NCBI GenBank assembly: GCA_964012435.1
Contig: CAXGSM010000017.1
Coordinates: 1-24,845, forward strand
Length of the DNA stretch: 24,845 nucleotides
From: an uncultured bacterium
GTDB lineage: Bacteria; UBP7; UBA6624
Direction of reading: 5' to 3'
Shown here: piece after piece, positions 23,922 through 24,845 of the stretch
Position numbering within the stretch: the first letter of the stretch is position 1
Layout of the letters: each line of letters begins with the position of its first letter
Position numbers and translations under genes: made by a program
The notes under the pieces: generated by a model
Seen by the model: the letters and a program-made list of their open reading frames with translations, nothing else
The model's database searches: none
Told to the model about the DNA's origin: nothing

Positions 23922-24845
23922 CTAATCGACGCCAACTGACTGGTCAACACCGGATGCGAAGTAAATCAACAAACCGTCTGTCTGTCCGTCAGCATTTGTA
24001 GGTGAGTGATTCGATCCTGCAACTAAGGAAGAATCCATTTTGGCAAAAATAACATTTGGAACAGTGTCTGGATAACCGTCACCATTAACATCACCTGTTC
24101 CATAACTTGGTTCAAATTTTGACAATGCTATTGGATTAAACCCTCTTTTTGGAACACATGTATGACCAGGCTCTCCAGGGTACATAGAAAAACCATTCCC
24201 TCCAGAACGAATTGTTGTATCAAGACAATGAAGATAATCTTTCCCTACGGATCTTTCTGAACCATAGGCAGAAAGCACGTAAGATTCATACATGCTGGGA
24301 AGGACTAGCTGTCCATTGCCTGTTCTATCTGCCCATTGTCTTAGGTCACCTGCGCTAGAGCCTAAACTTCTATAGATAAAAGAACCAGGTATGAAATCTT
24401 TTGTTTTCGGGTTACCGTCACCTATGAAATAATAAGGCATTGAGCCTCCTGGTGTCCAGTTTGGGCTCCACGTTCCAAGATCACCACCAAAATTCAAATT
24501 CTCAGGCATTCCGGGACCTGTAAAATTTGGGTCTGACAAAACGTTTGCCATCACATTACCGCTATCAGCCATGGCTGTAGTTAAAGGATTGTCTGAATTT
24601 TCATCCGGCACACAACCAAATCTTGGATCGCTTCCTGTCAAATCACAAATTGATTTTCCTGATCTTACAAAGGGATTTCTGGGATAAATTGATAAATAGC
24701 CATCATTAATTAATGTTTCAGGAACACCATAATAATGTTGAGCATTATGGTGAGCCTGACGACTCATCCTATGTGCACATCCATGTCCAAATGCACATCT
24801 CCACGAAAGCAAAGAACCTCCAAAGATGTAAGCAGGATACATTCC
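23922..24845 (-). CDS. C-terminal part of a probable large type IV pilin/GspG-like pseudopilin; 5' end outside the window
   Basis: The frame is open to the window edge (G-M-Y-P...). GMYP, LINDGYL..YPRNPF, YVLSAYG and Dx[DN]xDG motifs resemble the post-helix pattern of GspG-like pilins, and the gene lies directly upstream of pilT. The prepilin cleavage motif is not visible. Confidence 0.5.
   Translation of the reverse strand, partial: GMYPAYIFGGSLLSWRCAFGHGCAHRMSRQAHHNAQHYYGVPETLINDGYLSIYPRNPFVRSGKSICDLTGSDPRFGCVPDENSDNPLTTAMADSGNVMANVLSDPNFTGPGMPENLNFGGDLGTWSPNWTPGGSMPYYFIGDGNPKTKDFIPGSFIYRSLGSSAGDLRQWADRTGNGQLVLPSMYESYVLSAYGSERSVGKDYLHCLDTTIRSGGNGFSMYPGEPGHTCVPKRGFNPIALSKFEPSYGTGDVNGDGYPDTVPNVIFAKMDSSLVAGSNHSPTNADGQTDGLLIYFASGVDQSVGVD

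Noticed and set aside
1..24845. CRISPR arrays, transposases, prophage or defence genes, riboswitches or T-boxes
   Set aside because: No regularly spaced repeats or matching protein motifs were seen, and the intergenic gaps are too short to hold structured leaders.

Overview
AT-rich, very compact bacterial chromosomal segment. Most genes abut or overlap by a few bases, and many use TTG/GTG starts. From left to right: the 5' end of purL (minus strand, missed by the ORF track); a sugar-phosphate nucleotidyltransferase plus NahK-like anomeric kinase pair; a sodium:solute symporter with a coupled unannotated 41-aa membrane protein; a phnDCEE-type ABC transporter; a minus-strand housekeeping run (rpoD, efp, coaX, an uncharacterised protein, lysS, two hypotheticals); a UbiA/DPPR-synthase-like gene with two small hypotheticals; and a long minus-strand run. 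Read in transcription order, that run is a pilin-like fragment, PilT/PilU ATPase, coiled-coil protein, acyltransferase-3, 1021-aa double beta-propeller lipoprotein, tRNA-Thr(UGU), tdh, kbl and a degenerate metal-binding lipoprotein. I found no mobile element, CRISPR array or rRNA. The strongest new observation is an identical quasi-palindromic 14-mer (ATCGTATTACCATA) in both divergent intergenic regions of the sugar-salvage/symporter/phn block, which suggests one co-regulated nutrient-scavenging system. Other notable points: a RpoD with a large region-3 insertion that looks like an internal duplication, a PhnD with an ~80-aa insertion, a tRNA-Thr directly upstream of the threonine-catabolic tdh-kbl genes, and a shared C-[LF]-[NS]-S-C lipobox in all three lipoproteins. 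All family assignments come from motif recognition by eye; no database searches were run.
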